DNA of 64,000 bases from an uncultured Candidatus Binatia bacterium (GTDB taxonomy: Bacteria; Desulfobacterota; Binatia; UBA9968; JAJDTQ01): positions 416,001-480,000 of the forward strand of contig OZ244070.1 in the NCBI GenBank assembly GCA_965215605.1, given 5' to 3'. Of this stretch, positions 39,134-54,600 are shown piece by piece (the first letter of the stretch is position 1; each line of letters opens with the position of its first letter). The notes below the pieces were generated by a model, which worked only from the letters and a program-made list of their open reading frames with translations, was not told the DNA's origin and searched no databases. A program made the translations under genes and the position numbers.

Positions 39134-40371
39134 AAGCCCATCTCCTTTTGCCCGAGACGGCCCTGGTGATCGAGCAGGATGGCGGGGGCGTAGCTGCCCT
39201 TGCGCAGCAGCGCCTGGTCCTCGCGCGCGACGACGAGCACCTGGGCCAGGGACAACGAGCGCAGGACTCCGGAACTCTGCGTCCCGGTGCTGGACGCAAG
39301 AAACCGCCCGTTCTCCTGTTCGAGACGGCACCGGACAAACTCCTTGAGGCCCGGCGCCGTCCTGACGTCGTGGGCCATCTTCGCGCGCACTACCGGCATG
39401 AAGAGGCTTTCGTGCCCCATCATCTTGAGCAAGGCAGGACGAACGTAGAGGATGAACGAAACCAGCGACGAGACCGGATTGCCGGGCAGTCCGAACACCG
39501 GCCTCCGACCCGCCCGGCCGAACGCCATGGGATGGCCGGGCCGCTGGGCGACCTTCCAGAAGAGCATGCGCACGCCGGCATCGGCAAGAGCGTCCTTCAC
39601 GTAGTCGTAGTCGCCCATGGAAACGCCGCCGGAGGTGATCACCGCGTCACAGGCCAACGCCTTCCTGAAGGTGCTCGCCAGACGCCGGCGGCTGTCGCCC
39701 ACGATCCCGAAGGACCTGGGGACCGCGCCGATCTCGCGAACCGCGGAAGCCAGGGTATAGCCGTTGCTGTTGACGACCTTACCCCGAGCCGGCCTGTCCT
39801 CGATGCCGATGAGCTCGTCACCGGTGGCGACGATGGCCACCACCGGACGCCGCCGCACGCGCACCGTCGCCTTGCCGATGGATGCCATAAGGCCGATGTC
39901 CGGGGCCGCCAGCACCCTTCCGGGTTCCAGCACGACCTGACCCTTCCGGATATCCTCACCGGACGGCCGGATATGGCTGCCCTGGCCGTCGGCTCGGAAT
40001 ATCGCGACGCGGTCTTCACGTGTTTCGGTGTACTCGACCCGGATGATGGCGTCGGCCCCGGCCGGAACCGGAGCGCCCGTCATGATCCTGATGGCGGTCC
40101 CGGGAAGCACGCGCTTGCGGGACACCCCACCCGCGGCCACCTCCGCTCGTACCTCCAGGGACACCGGCGCGCCGGACGAGGCTCCGTCCACGTCACTCCA
40201 GCGTACCGCGAACCCGTCCATGGCCGAATTGGCGAAAGCGGGCACGTTACGCCCCGAGCGGACATCCTCGCAGAGCACCCGCCCCAGACCTTCGGCCACA
40301 CCGACCTTCTCGGATCGCAACCGCGACACCGACCCCAGGACAAGCTTCACCGCCTGATTCACGGTGGTCAT
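39130..40371 (-). CDS. moeA: Molybdopterin molybdotransferase
   Basis: SAMDGFAV, IMTGAPVP, TGDEL, SGGVSMGDYD, GLPGNPVS. Confidence 0.95.
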   Translation of the reverse strand: MTTVNQAVKLVLGSVSRLRSEKVGVAEGLGRVLCEDVRSGRNVPAFANSAMDGFAVRWSDVDGASSGAPVSLEVRAEVAAGGVSRKRVLPGTAIRIMTGAPVPAGADAIIRVEYTETREDRVAIFRADGQGSHIRPSGEDIRKGQVVLEPGRVLAAPDIGLMASIGKATVRVRRRPVVAIVATGDELIGIEDRPARGKVVNSNGYTLASAVREIGAVPRSFGIVGDSRRRLASTFRKALACDAVITSGGVSMGDYDYVKDALADAGVRMLFWKVAQRPGHPMAFGRAGRRPVFGLPGNPVSSLVSFILYVRPALLKMMGHESLFMPVVRAKMAHDVRTAPGLKEFVRCRLEQENGRFLASSTGTQSSGVLRSLSLAQVLVVAREDQALLRKGSYAPAILLDHQGRLGQKEMGF

Positions 40372-40428
40372 GCGACCCATCATCACTCGAACGAATGCAA
40401 CAATCAAGGGACCGCGCGGTGCCGACAC

Positions 40429-40453
40429 GGGCGGGGTTGAAACCCGCCCCTAC
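40429..40453. repeat. GTAG-type REP element
   Basis: GGGCGGGGTTGAAACCCGCCCCTAC (reverse complement GTAGGGGCGGGTTTCAACCCCGCCC). Confidence 0.7.
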
Positions 40454-40489
40454 ACCCTCGTCTTTCCCTGGCGCGGGCCACGTTCGAAC

Positions 40490-40524
40490 AAAAAAGGACC
40501 CGATCTCGAAAGATCGGGTCCTTT
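40490..40524 (-). terminator. rRNA operon terminator
   Basis: 14-bp inverted repeat, UUCG loop, U6 tail on minus strand downstream of 5S. Confidence 0.9.
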
Positions 40525-40530
40525 GAAAAA

Positions 40531-40648
40531 TCCCGGCAGCTTCCTACTCTCCCATGAGGGGACCCCATAGTACCATCGGCGCTAGAGGGCTTAACGACCG
40601 TGTTCGGGATGGGAACGGGTGTGACACCTCCGCTATCGCCACCGAGAA
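40531..40648 (-). rRNA. rrf: 5S rRNA
   Basis: CACCCGTTCCCATCCCGAACACGG and GGGAGAGTAGG motifs; terminal stem. Confidence 0.95.
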
Positions 40649-40765
40649 ATCCTGGAAGACGCACCCTCGTGAGGTACGGTCTTGTCCGTTAACCTGGAAA
40701 TCGAATTGACAACATCAAGCTGACAAACTGAAGACGGTAAAAACTGCGGAGTAGCAGTGGTGAAT

Positions 40766-43783
<3,018 letters not shown>

Positions 43784-43951
43784 ATTCGCCACTGCTACTC
43801 TAGCAAAATTGCAGTTTTTACCTATCTTCAGTTGTCAAAGAACAAACGCCCGGGCATCCGCCTGGGCGGTCACATCGCGGAGCGAGTAGTGACTAGCCAA
43901 GAACCTCCGCGTGGTTCCAGGCTACTCAGCACTCCCTGTCCGCGTCGTGAT

Positions 43952-44027
43952 TGGTGGAGCTGATCGGGTTCGAACCGACGACCTCCGGCGTGCAAAACCG
44001 GCGCTCTCCCAACTGAGCTACAGCCCC
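43952..44027 (-). tRNA. tRNA-Ala(TGC)
   Basis: 76-nt cloverleaf GGGGCTG...CCA, anticodon TGC. Confidence 0.97.
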
Positions 44028-44061
44028 CTTCAGTCGTTTGCTGCCTTCCGACCAGATATAT

Positions 44062-44138
<77 letters not shown>

Positions 44139-44330
44139 CTCCATCCATCAACACCACCGAGCGCTCAGTTCCGGTCCGTCACACGATGGCGGCGGACCGG
44201 GCAAGCCCCGGTCTCTCAAAACTAAATAGTAGCGGTTCAGAGTTCATCATTGTCGTCGTCGTACTTGAAGCGCGGCCTCTAATTAAGGCCGTGCATTGAC
44301 CTGGATATCTCTCACCTTTCGATGATGAGA

Positions 44331-45897
<1,567 letters not shown>

Positions 45898-46000
45898 AAC
45901 CTTGCCGCTTGATGCGGCTCTTTACAAGAAAGAACAGCACGACGCCGGCAAAGCGAGAGCCCTGAACCTTTCTGCCCCATGTTCTGGGGCAGCTGCTACT

Positions 46001-46077
46001 ATTTAGTTTTCAAAGACCGGAGTTTCCCTGCCCAACGGCAGAGGAGAACATTTACCCCATAGACCGCACGGTGTCAA
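46001..46077 (-). promoter_or_regulatory. rrn promoter -35 (TTGACA) and boxA/leader processing stem
   Basis: TTGACA at 46077-46072; GTCTTTGAAAACTAAAT boxA-like sequence, with a near-identical stretch at about 44210-44233. Confidence 0.6.
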
Positions 46078-46099
46078 CTGCCGCCGCGAAACTTTTCGG

Positions 46100-47293
46100 T
46101 CACTTCACTTGGGCGATACGGTTCTTGCCGACTTCCACCACGCGATGACGGTCCCGGCGGAACTCGAAGTTGGGGTCGTCGATGACCGCTCCGTCCACCC
46201 GGACGGCCCGCTGCGCCACCAATCGCCGCGCGTCGCTTTTCGACCGCGCGAACTCCAGGTCCAACAACAGCTGACAGACCCATATCTTGCCCGGCGGCGA
46301 GAAGCCCTTGCGGATCTCCCGCGGGATGTCCTTCCGCTGATGCCGCGTCTCGAAGTAGTCCGCTGCCGTCCTGGCGGCGTCCGGGCCGTGGAAACGCGCC
46401 ACGATTTCTGCGGCGAGGGACTTCTTGATCGCCATGGGGTGCAATGAGCCGGCTCCCACCTCGGCCTTCTCGCGGCTGACGTCGTCCAGCGGACGATTGC
46501 TGAGGAGCTCAAGGTACCGCCACATCAACTCGTCGGATATGGACATGGCGCGGCCGTACATCTCTTCCGGCGCCGAGGCGATGCCGATGTGGTTGCCGAG
46601 ACTCTTGCTCATCTTCTGGACGCCGTCGGTACCTTCCAGGAGCGGCATCATGCAAACCACCTGAGGCTCCATGCCGGCCTCCCGCTGAAGCTCGCGCCCC
46701 ACCAGGAGATTGAACTTCTGGTCCGTGCCCCCCAACTCGACATCGGCTTCGAGCACCACCGAATCGTAACCCTGGATCAACGGGTACATGAACTCGTGGA
46801 TGCCGATGGCTTCCTGGGCATGGTACCGTTTCCTGAAGTCGTCTCTCTCCAGCATCCGGGCCACCGTGTACTTCCCGCTCAGTTCCAGCAGTCCGCCGGC
46901 GCCGAGCCGCTCCATCCAGCGGCTGTTGAACTCGATGACGGTCTTCTCCGGATCCAGGATCTTGAACACCTGCTCCTTGTAGGTGGCTGCATTCTCCAGG
47001 ACCTCGTCCCGACCGAGTTGCTTGCGCATTTCCGACTTCCCGGACGGATCGCCGATCATGCCGGTGAAATCGCCGATGAGAAAGATCACCTGGTGCCCCA
47101 GTTCCTGGAACTGCTTCATCTTCTGAATCAGCACCGTGTGGCCCAGATGGAGATCGGGCGCGGTGGGGTCGAAGCCAGTCTTCACCCGCAGGGGGGTTCC
47201 CCGGTCGAGCTTCTTCAGAAGCTCCGGCTCCGAGATGATCTCCACCGCTCCACGCTTCAGGAGTTGCAGCTGCTCACGAGGGCTTGTCTTCAC
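46100..47293 (-). CDS. tyrS: Tyrosine--tRNA ligase
   Basis: [27 protein letters not shown]-terminal S4-like domain. Confidence 0.97.
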   Translation of the reverse strand: MKTSPREQLQLLKRGAVEIISEPELLKKLDRGTPLRVKTGFDPTAPDLHLGHTVLIQKMKQFQELGHQVIFLIGDFTGMIGDPSGKSEMRKQLGRDEVLENAATYKEQVFKILDPEKTVIEFNSRWMERLGAGGLLELSGKYTVARMLERDDFRKRYHAQEAIGIHEFMYPLIQGYDSVVLEADVELGGTDQKFNLLVGRELQREAGMEPQVVCMMPLLEGTDGVQKMSKSLGNHIGIASAPEEMYGRAMSISDELMWRYLELLSNRPLDDVSREKAEVGAGSLHPMAIKKSLAAEIVARFHGPDAARTAADYFETRHQRKDIPREIRKGFSPPGKIWVCQLLLDLEFARSKSDARRLVAQRAVRVDGAVIDDPNFEFRRDRHRVVEVGKNRIAQVK

Positions 47294-47305
47294 CGGTTCG
47301 GGTTC

Positions 47306-48868
47306 CTAGTGCGCGTATTCGACGGCGCGGGTCTCCCGGATGACCGTAACCTTTATCTGACCGGGGTACGCCATTTCGTTCTCCACCTTCTTGGCCACGG
47401 CCCGGGCCATGGATGCAGCCTCGTCATCGGACACCTGCGCCGCCTGGACCATGATCCGCAGCTCCCGTCCCGCCTGCACGGCATAGGACTTCTCCACGCC
47501 CTTGAAGGAATTGCTGATCCTCTCCAACTCCTCGAGGCGTCGGACGTAGGTTTCGAGCATCTCCCTGCGCGCCCCGGGCCGGGCCCCGGAAAGCGCATCG
47601 GCCGCGTCCACCAGCGGAGCGAGTATGGTCTCCGCTCTCACCTCCTCGTGATGCGCCGCGATGGCGTTGACGATCTTGGGCGACTCGCCGTACTTCCGCG
47701 CCAACTCGCCGCCAATGATGGCATGCGAGCCTTCCACTTCATGGTCGACGGCCTTTCCGATGTCGTGCAGCAGCGCCGCCCGCCGGGCCTGCTTTTCGTT
47801 CAGGCCGAGCTCCGCCGCCATGGATCCGCAGATGAACGCCATCTCGATGGAGTGCAGCAGGACGTTCTGGGCATAGCTGTACCGGAACTTCAGCCGCCCC
47901 AGAAGCCGGATCAACTCCGGATGGACTCCATGGACTCCGACATCGAACACCGCCTTCTGGCCCGCTTCCTTGATGACCTCGTCGATCTCTCGCTCCGAGC
48001 GCCGCACCACCTCCTCGATGCGACCAGGGTGGATTCGTCCGTCGGCGATGAGGGTCTCCAGCGAGAGACGAGCGACCTCCCGGCGGATCGGGTTGTGGCC
48101 CGAGATGATCACGGACTCCGGCGTGTCGTCCACGATGAGATCGATGCCAGTGGCGGCCTCCAGCGCGCGAATATTTCGCCCCTCGCGGCCGATGATCCGG
48201 CCCTTCATCTCATCGTTGGGGAGAGATACCACCGATACCGTCCGCTCCGTGACGAAGTCCCCGGCCAACCGCGCGATGGCCAGGGCGATCATCTTCTTGG
48301 CTTCACGGTCCGCCTCCTCCTTGGCCTGCTCTTCCATGACCCGGATACGCCGGGCGGAGTCGTGTCGGGCGTCCTCGACCATCTCCTCCATCAGGGCCTT
48401 CTTCGCCTCCTCGCGGCTGAGGCCGGCCACGATCTCGAGTTGTCGCTTCGCGTCTTCGACAAGACGCTGGGCTTCAACAGCCTTCTCGTCGAGCGCCTGC
48501 TGCTTCTTCTCGATGGCGCCCTCCCGGTTGGTCAGGCCGCTTTCCCTGTTCTCAAGACTCTCCAGCCGCTTGTCCAGGACTTCCTCCCGACTCAACAGTC
48601 TCCGCTCCAGCGTCTGGAGTTCCCTTCGCGTCTCCTTTATTTCGTTCTCGACCTCGGATCGCGCTTGCAGCTTCCCATCCCTGGCCTGTATCGCCGCGTC
48701 CTTCACGACTGCATCGGCTTCCCTGTGCGCCTCCGCCAGAATGCGCGCGGCGGTGCTCCGTTCGAGTTCCGCCTGAAGCCGCCGCTGCCTCATTCGAACC
48801 AGAAGGACGGCGACGGTCAGCAGGCAACCCACCGCGATACCCAGAACTAAAGACAACCATGTAAACAA
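47306..48868 (-). CDS. rny: Ribonuclease Y
   Basis: N-terminal TM, coiled coil, KH ([13 protein letters not shown]), HD (LLHDIGK), [12 protein letters not shown]. Confidence 0.97.
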   Translation of the reverse strand: MFTWLSLVLGIAVGCLLTVAVLLVRMRQRRLQAELERSTAARILAEAHREADAVVKDAAIQARDGKLQARSEVENEIKETRRELQTLERRLLSREEVLDKRLESLENRESGLTNREGAIEKKQQALDEKAVEAQRLVEDAKRQLEIVAGLSREEAKKALMEEMVEDARHDSARRIRVMEEQAKEEADREAKKMIALAIARLAGDFVTERTVSVVSLPNDEMKGRIIGREGRNIRALEAATGIDLIVDDTPESVIISGHNPIRREVARLSLETLIADGRIHPGRIEEVVRRSEREIDEVIKEAGQKAVFDVGVHGVHPELIRLLGRLKFRYSYAQNVLLHSIEMAFICGSMAAELGLNEKQARRAALLHDIGKAVDHEVEGSHAIIGGELARKYGESPKIVNAIAAHHEEVRAETILAPLVDAADALSGARPGARREMLETYVRRLEELERISNSFKGVEKSYAVQAGRELRIMVQAAQVSDDEAASMARAVAKKVENEMAYPGQIKVTVIRETRAVEYAH

Positions 48869-48874
48869 GACAAG

Positions 48875-49531
48875 CTACCTCCCGGAAGCATTGAAACCGT
48901 CGCCGGAGCCCTCCACCCGCGGCCCCGCGACCCCGCCATCCCAGCCGGCGCATTCGACGATCCTCTCCTCCGTCACGATTGCGCAGACCCGCAGATCGCC
49001 CGGCTCCGCGGGCACCTCCCCCAGAAGCTGGAACTCGTAGGCCAAACCGATTTTCGGCACTCGCGCGTCCAGACCGGCCAGCCACCGGTCATACCAACCC
49101 ATCCCCCGCCCCAGGCGGTTGCCGTTGCGGTCGAAGGCGACCCCCGGGACGAACACGACAAGCCCGTCACCGCCGCCTTGGGGCAACCGCTGGTTTCCGG
49201 CGGGTTCGAGGATACCGTACCGCCCGGGGACCAGATCGGTTTCGGAGCGGACCCGAAACACGCCTGGCGAACCGTCCGTGACCTTGGGATAGTACAGCCG
49301 CTTCCGTGCCGCCAAGGCATCCCGCCGTATCTCGGACGTCGCCGCCTCGTTGCCCAATGGACTGTAGAGTGCAATGGAACGGGCGGCCCGGTAGGTCGGA
49401 AGGGCCAGAACATCGCGTTGGATGCGCTCCCCCCAGGCACAGACCAGCACGGCAGGGACGGCTTCTCTTTTCGCTAGAAACGCACCCCTGAGTGCCCGCT
49501 TCTTGTCCCCCATCAAAGAACTCATGATCAA
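48875..49531 (-). CDS. fau: 5-formyltetrahydrofolate cyclo-ligase
   Basis: GILEP, VPGVAFDRNGNRLGRGMGWYDR. Confidence 0.92.
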   Translation of the reverse strand: MIMSSLMGDKKRALRGAFLAKREAVPAVLVCAWGERIQRDVLALPTYRAARSIALYSPLGNEAATSEIRRDALAARKRLYYPKVTDGSPGVFRVRSETDLVPGRYGILEPAGNQRLPQGGGDGLVVFVPGVAFDRNGNRLGRGMGWYDRWLAGLDARVPKIGLAYEFQLLGEVPAEPGDLRVCAIVTEERIVECAGWDGGVAGPRVEGSGDGFNASGR

Positions 49532-49542
49532 GTCCTAAGCAA

Positions 49543-49810
49543 GGGCGCCGAGGGGCGAGGGTGTTGTCTGCCCGCGTGGCGCACACGCGGGCAGACAACG
49601 GCAGGAAGGCTTTCAGATCACGCGCGGGCGGAGAGTCTCCTCGACAAATGTGAACGTCCCCGAGGCGGCGGTGGAATTCCTCCTGCCAACGCCCGACCTG
49701 CGGGAAAGACCTCTGTTCGCCCGATCCGTTCAATCACTTCAACGAACTCCAATACCAGTGCGTGTATGTTCCGGAAACGTCCTGCCCTCACTGCTCGACC
49801 CCCAGGGCCC
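49543..49810 (-). ncRNA. ssrS: 6S RNA-like structured RNA (extended)
   Basis: Canonical zapA-ssrS-fau synteny; long rod pairing with TTGAACG/CGTTCAC helix; boundaries approximate. Confidence 0.6.
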
Positions 49811-49912
49811 GGTGTCCCGCGGCCGATGCCCGCGGACACCACATTCAGTATTCCACACAAGCGCGGCCAAAAGAAACGGTTTTTTTCGAAACGCCGTCCG
49901 CCCGGACGCGCC

Positions 49913-50191
49913 TCAATCATCGTCGGACAGGACCGCCGTCAGCCGCTCGACAAGCTGGTCGACCCGCGTCGTGACCGTGTCGTGGGTGTCCTTCAGCCGA
50001 TGAAATTCGTCCGCGATATTGAGAGCCGCAAGCATGGCCACGCTGTATTTACTCTTCGAGTTCGTGGACTTGCCGATCTCCTGCATCTTGTTGTCGACGT
50101 ACTCCGCCACTCTCTGGATATACTGCTCCTCGTCGTCGCTTCGAAGAACGACCTTCTGTCCCATGATTTTGACTTCCACGGCCTTTTGCAT
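49913..50191 (-). CDS. zapA: Cell division protein ZapA
   Basis: VEVKIMGQ, VAEYVDNKM, AMLAALNIADE. Confidence 0.93.
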   Translation of the reverse strand: MQKAVEVKIMGQKVVLRSDDEEQYIQRVAEYVDNKMQEIGKSTNSKSKYSVAMLAALNIADEFHRLKDTHDTVTTRVDQLVERLTAVLSDDD

Positions 50192-50206
50192 ACCGCCTCC
50201 GTGTCG

Positions 50207-50434
50207 TCAGCAAAGGTCCAGATCCTCCAGCTCTCCGATCAGGCTGGTCAGCCGCTCTCGCAAAACGGCCCGATCGTGCTCGTAGCGTTGGAGCTGGTCG
50301 TCCAGCTTCTTGAACTGAACGTCCCGCTCCTCAAGCCGCGCTTCCGCTTGAGCCTTGGCCCTCTTCAACCTCTGATGGAACTCCAGGAGCCGCTCCACGC
50401 GGAACTCCAACTGCTCGAGTTTATCAAGATCCAT
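50207..50434 (-). CDS. zapB: ZapB-like coiled-coil protein
   Basis: 75-aa heptad coiled coil immediately upstream of zapA. Confidence 0.7.
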   Translation of the reverse strand: MDLDKLEQLEFRVERLLEFHQRLKRAKAQAEARLEERDVQFKKLDDQLQRYEHDRAVLRERLTSLIGELEDLDLC

Positions 50435-50470
50435 GAGACAAATATTAGCGAAATCTTAAATTGATAGTTT

Positions 50471-50501
50471 AAGATTAAGATTTGGCGGGTGCGGTTGTCA
50501 A
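50471..50501 (-). promoter_or_regulatory. Putative sigma70 promoter for zapB-zapA
   Basis: TTGACA-18nt-TAATCT followed by an AT-rich leader. Confidence 0.5.
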
Positions 50502-50565
50502 CCTGCGGGAAGGGTCGTGGAGCCGATGTGCCGAGACCACGGCTGCCAGGAGTCCGTCCGGGACG

Positions 50566-51477
50566 CTAACCGAAAAGGGCCTGAGCGAACGCGTCGGGAT
50601 CGAACGGCTGGAGGTCGTCGATGTCTTCTCCTACGCCGACGTACTCCACCGGTATGCCCAGCTCTTGTTGAATCCTCACCACCACGCCGCCCTTGGCGGT
50701 GCCGTCGAGCTTGGTCAGGACGATGCCGCTTACGCCCACGGCTTCCCGGAAGATACCGGCCTGGAGCACGCCGTTCTGCCCGGTGTTCGCGTCCAGCACC
50801 AGCAAGGTCTCGTGCGGGGCGCCTTCCTGCACCCTGCCCAGGACACGGCGCATCTTCTTCAACTCCTCGACGAGGTTGACCTTGTTGTGAAGCCTCCCCG
50901 CGGTGTCGATGAGGACGACATCCGCCTGCCGCTTCTGGGCCGCGTGCGCGGCGTCGAACGCGACCCCCGAAGGGTCCTGCCCCTGACCGTGCTTGACCAC
51001 GTCGGCCCCCGCCCGAGCCCCCCATATCTCCAGTTGCTCGATGGCGCCGGCCCGGAACGTATCGGCAGCCGCCAGGAGCACCTTCTTGCCGCTCCCAACC
51101 AACTGGTGGGCAAGCTTTCCGATCGTGGTCGTTTTGCCGACGCCGTTGACGCCCACAACCAGGATCACCCACGGGGACTCGGAGTAACGCCGGGATCCCG
51201 GTCCCTGACCCTCCCTCAACAGGGCGGCCAGTTCCTGCCTCAACAAGGAGGCGCCGCCACCGTTCCCGCCCGGGGCCGAGCCGCGGACCGAGTCCAGTAG
51301 CCTCTGGGCAGCGTGGACGCCGAGGTCCGCTCCGAGGAGCAGTTCCTCCAACGCATCCCAATCATCTTCACGCGCGGCGCTCTCGCCCAGCACCGCCCCC
51401 AGCCGCCCGCCCCATGCCGCTCTCGTCCGGGACAGACCCTGCCTGAGACGGGAAAGGAACCCTTCTCTCCGTTCCAT
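50566..51477 (-). CDS. ftsY: SRP receptor FtsY
   Basis: GVNGVGKTTT, DTFRA, DTAGR, TKLDGTAKGG. Confidence 0.97.
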   Translation of the reverse strand: MERREGFLSRLRQGLSRTRAAWGGRLGAVLGESAAREDDWDALEELLLGADLGVHAAQRLLDSVRGSAPGGNGGGASLLRQELAALLREGQGPGSRRYSESPWVILVVGVNGVGKTTTIGKLAHQLVGSGKKVLLAAADTFRAGAIEQLEIWGARAGADVVKHGQGQDPSGVAFDAAHAAQKRQADVVLIDTAGRLHNKVNLVEELKKMRRVLGRVQEGAPHETLLVLDANTGQNGVLQAGIFREAVGVSGIVLTKLDGTAKGGVVVRIQQELGIPVEYVGVGEDIDDLQPFDPDAFAQALFG

Positions 51478-51610
51478 GAACGATCAACCTCGATTCGTTT
51501 CTTGACCGGGAACTCAGCACAGACGTCGAATGCTCGTCAACCGGGGACGAGGGTGCCCGGAAGGAAGACATGGCGGGCAGCCGTTCAACGTCGAGGCACG
51601 GTCTGTCGGG

Positions 51611-54600
51611 TCACAACATCTCGACGGATACGAGCTTGGAGACCCCGGGGTCTTCCATGGTGACGCCGTAGAGCACGTCCGCCGCCAGCATCGTCCGCTT
51701 GTTGTGGGTGATGATCATGAACTGCGACAACCGGGTCATCTCCTTGACGATGTCGATGAACCGCTCGAGATTGACGTCGTCGAGCGGGGCGTCCACCTCG
51801 TCCAGGAAGCAGAAGGGGCTGGGCTTGGTCAGGAAGATGGCGAAGAGCAGGCTCACCGCGGTCAATGCCTTCTCACCGCCAGAGAGCAGGCTGATGGACT
51901 GGAGCCTCTTGCCGGGCGGCTGCGCGACGATGTCGACGCCTGTCTCCAGGTAATCGTTCTCGTCGGTCAGCGTCAACGATGCCGTTCCGCCGTCGAACAG
52001 CCTCGGAAAAATGGCCTGAAACTCCCGGTTGATCTCCTCGAAGCTCTCCTTGAAGCGAAGGCGGCAGATCCGGTTGAGCTTGGTGATGGTCTGCTGCAGC
52101 AGAGCCATGGAGCGTTCCAGGTCCTCTCGCTGCGCGGTCATGAACCGGCTGCGCTCGGTCAGCTCCTCAAACTCGCCGATGGCGGCGAGATTGACCTCAC
52201 CCATGCGCTGGAGCCGGGTCCGCAACTCCGCCACCTCCTCCTGAAGGTCGCCGGCGGAGGCCGACTCTTCGTCGGTGGCGGGCGGAACTTCCGCCAATTC
52301 CACGCCGTACTTGTCCCGAAGGTCGTCGCCGATGTGACCGAGTTCCATTGACCTCTCGCTCCGGGACAACTCAAGGCGCGCCCTGTCCTGCTGCCTGGCC
52401 TCGATGTCCGGACGGATCAGGTGGATGGCCTCTTCCACCTCACGGACCCTCTTGGAGAGGCCCTCGTATTCCTGCTGCCGCGCCGCCGCCTCTTCCTCCG
52501 CCTCATCGAGCCGCGCCTTCAGGTTCTCGATCCGTGAACGGGACTGATCGCGGGACGTTCTCATCTCCGCGGCCCTTTGGCTCATCTCCGCGATATGGGC
52601 TTTGCGCTCGTCGAGCTGGGCGGCGAGATCGTCGCGCAGGCTGACCCGATTCTCGAGGTTCGACCTCGAGTTTTCGGCCTTCTCCTTCGCCACGTCCGCC
52701 CTTACGCGGGACTCGGTCAGTCGCGCCTCCGCGGTCTGCAATTCCTGCTCCGACTGCCGCCAGGAGGCCTGCAATCCCTGCAGCCGCCCATCCAGGGCGA
52801 GCCTTTCGCGCGCGCTCTCGGCGATGGCCTCATCGGTGGCCGTCACGGTCCCGTCGAGCGCGGCGACCTCCTTCGACGTGTTGCTCAGCTCCTGGTCGAT
52901 GGTGGCCAGGTCCTGTCGCAAGCGCTCGATGTCCCCACCGGTGCGTAGCAGCTCCTGTTCCAGACGCACCTTGGCGAGCGCCAGGTCCCCGACCTCTTCG
53001 GTCAAGCGCTCACGTTCCAGCGCCAGACATTGCGACCGGGATCGGCTCTCTCCGACGAGTCCCTCCTGGCACCGGACCCGCGCCTCCCCCGCCGCAACCT
53101 CTCGCTTCAGCTCCTTGACCCTGCGGCGGCGGGTAATGGGGTTCCCCTCCAGGCTTTCGACGCTGCCGCCCGTGACCACGCCCATGGGATCGATGACCTC
53201 GCCGTCGAGAGTGACCAGGGAATGGCTGAAGCCGTTCGCGCGCCACAACCCCAGCCCCGTTTCGAGATCCTTGACAACCGCCACGTCGCCAAGCAGATAG
53301 TCGGCGACCTCACTGTAGCCGTCCTTCACCTCCACGAGCCCAAGCAGCGGCGCGATGACTTCCGGGGCCGACAGCGTCACCGCGGCGGCGCCGCTGGAAC
53401 GCTCGAACCGCCGGGGGATGAATCCGCCCCGGCCCGCCGACTCCTGCTTGAGATACTCGATGGCCTCCACGCCGTCCTTGTGCCCCTGAACGACCACGTA
53501 CTGGAGCCGTTCGCCCAGCACCGCCGTCAACGCCTTCTCCATTTCCTCGGGGGCTTCGACGAAGTCCGCCACCACGCCGCACACTCCGTCCGAGGCGCCG
53601 TTGCCCTGGTGCTTCTGCATGACGGCCCGGACGCCCTCCTGATAGCCCTCGAAATTCCTCTGCAGCGTCTCCAGCGAGCCCATCACCGAGCGCGCTTCCT
53701 GAAGCTCCTCCTTCAGGCGGGCAAGAGCTTCCTCTCTTTCCGCCAGGTCCGAACGCGCCCCCTCCAGATCCGTCTCGGTCCGGCGGAGGCTCTCCTCCAT
53801 CTCCGACGCCCGCGCCTTGCACCGGTCAAATTCCACCGAGCCACGGGACCGCCGATCGACCAAGGCCTCCAACTCCTGCCCCACGGCCAGCCGCTCTGTC
53901 TCCTTGTCCGCCGAATCGGCCTTCAGCCGCTCCAGACGTTCTTGATGTACCTGGCGTCCATTGGTGAGCTGCGCGTGGGCCGCCATCCGCTCCACCAGGA
54001 GCCCCCTCTCACCCTCGACCTCACCCTGAAGCTCCCTGATACGCGCCCGCAAACCGGACACCTCCAGGTCCGCGCGCTCCACCCGTTCGGCCTCCAGGAC
54101 GGCGAGCCCCGCGAACTCTTCGCTGGACTGCTCCAGTGCCGTGATCTCGGCCGAAACCCTCTCCAGGCGCGCGCCCGTGTCGACGGCCTCGGCTTCGAGC
54201 CTCCGGACGGACTCCTTGAGCTCACTTTCCTCCCGTTCCAGGAACTCGATCCTCTGCTCTTCCCCGCTAACCTCCAACCGGCGCTGGTAGAGCCGCTCCT
54301 GCGCGGCGGCGATCTCGTTGTCGAGCTCCAGCAGCGCCCCGCGGGCGCTTTCGTTCTCCGCCTCCCTGGCCCGGACAGTGGCGGTAAGCGACGTGATCCG
54401 ATCGTCCACCGCCTTCATCTCGGCGCCGCGCTCGGCGATCTCCCGTTCGAGACCCTGCCGGCGCACGGCCGCCAGACGGAGGGCCTTCCCCTGCAACTGT
54501 TCCCTGAGGTTACGGTAACGCTCGGCCCTCTTGGCCTGAAGCTCTATCTTGTGAAGCTGCCGCTCCACCTCCCGGAGGATGTCGTCGACCCGCAAAAGAT

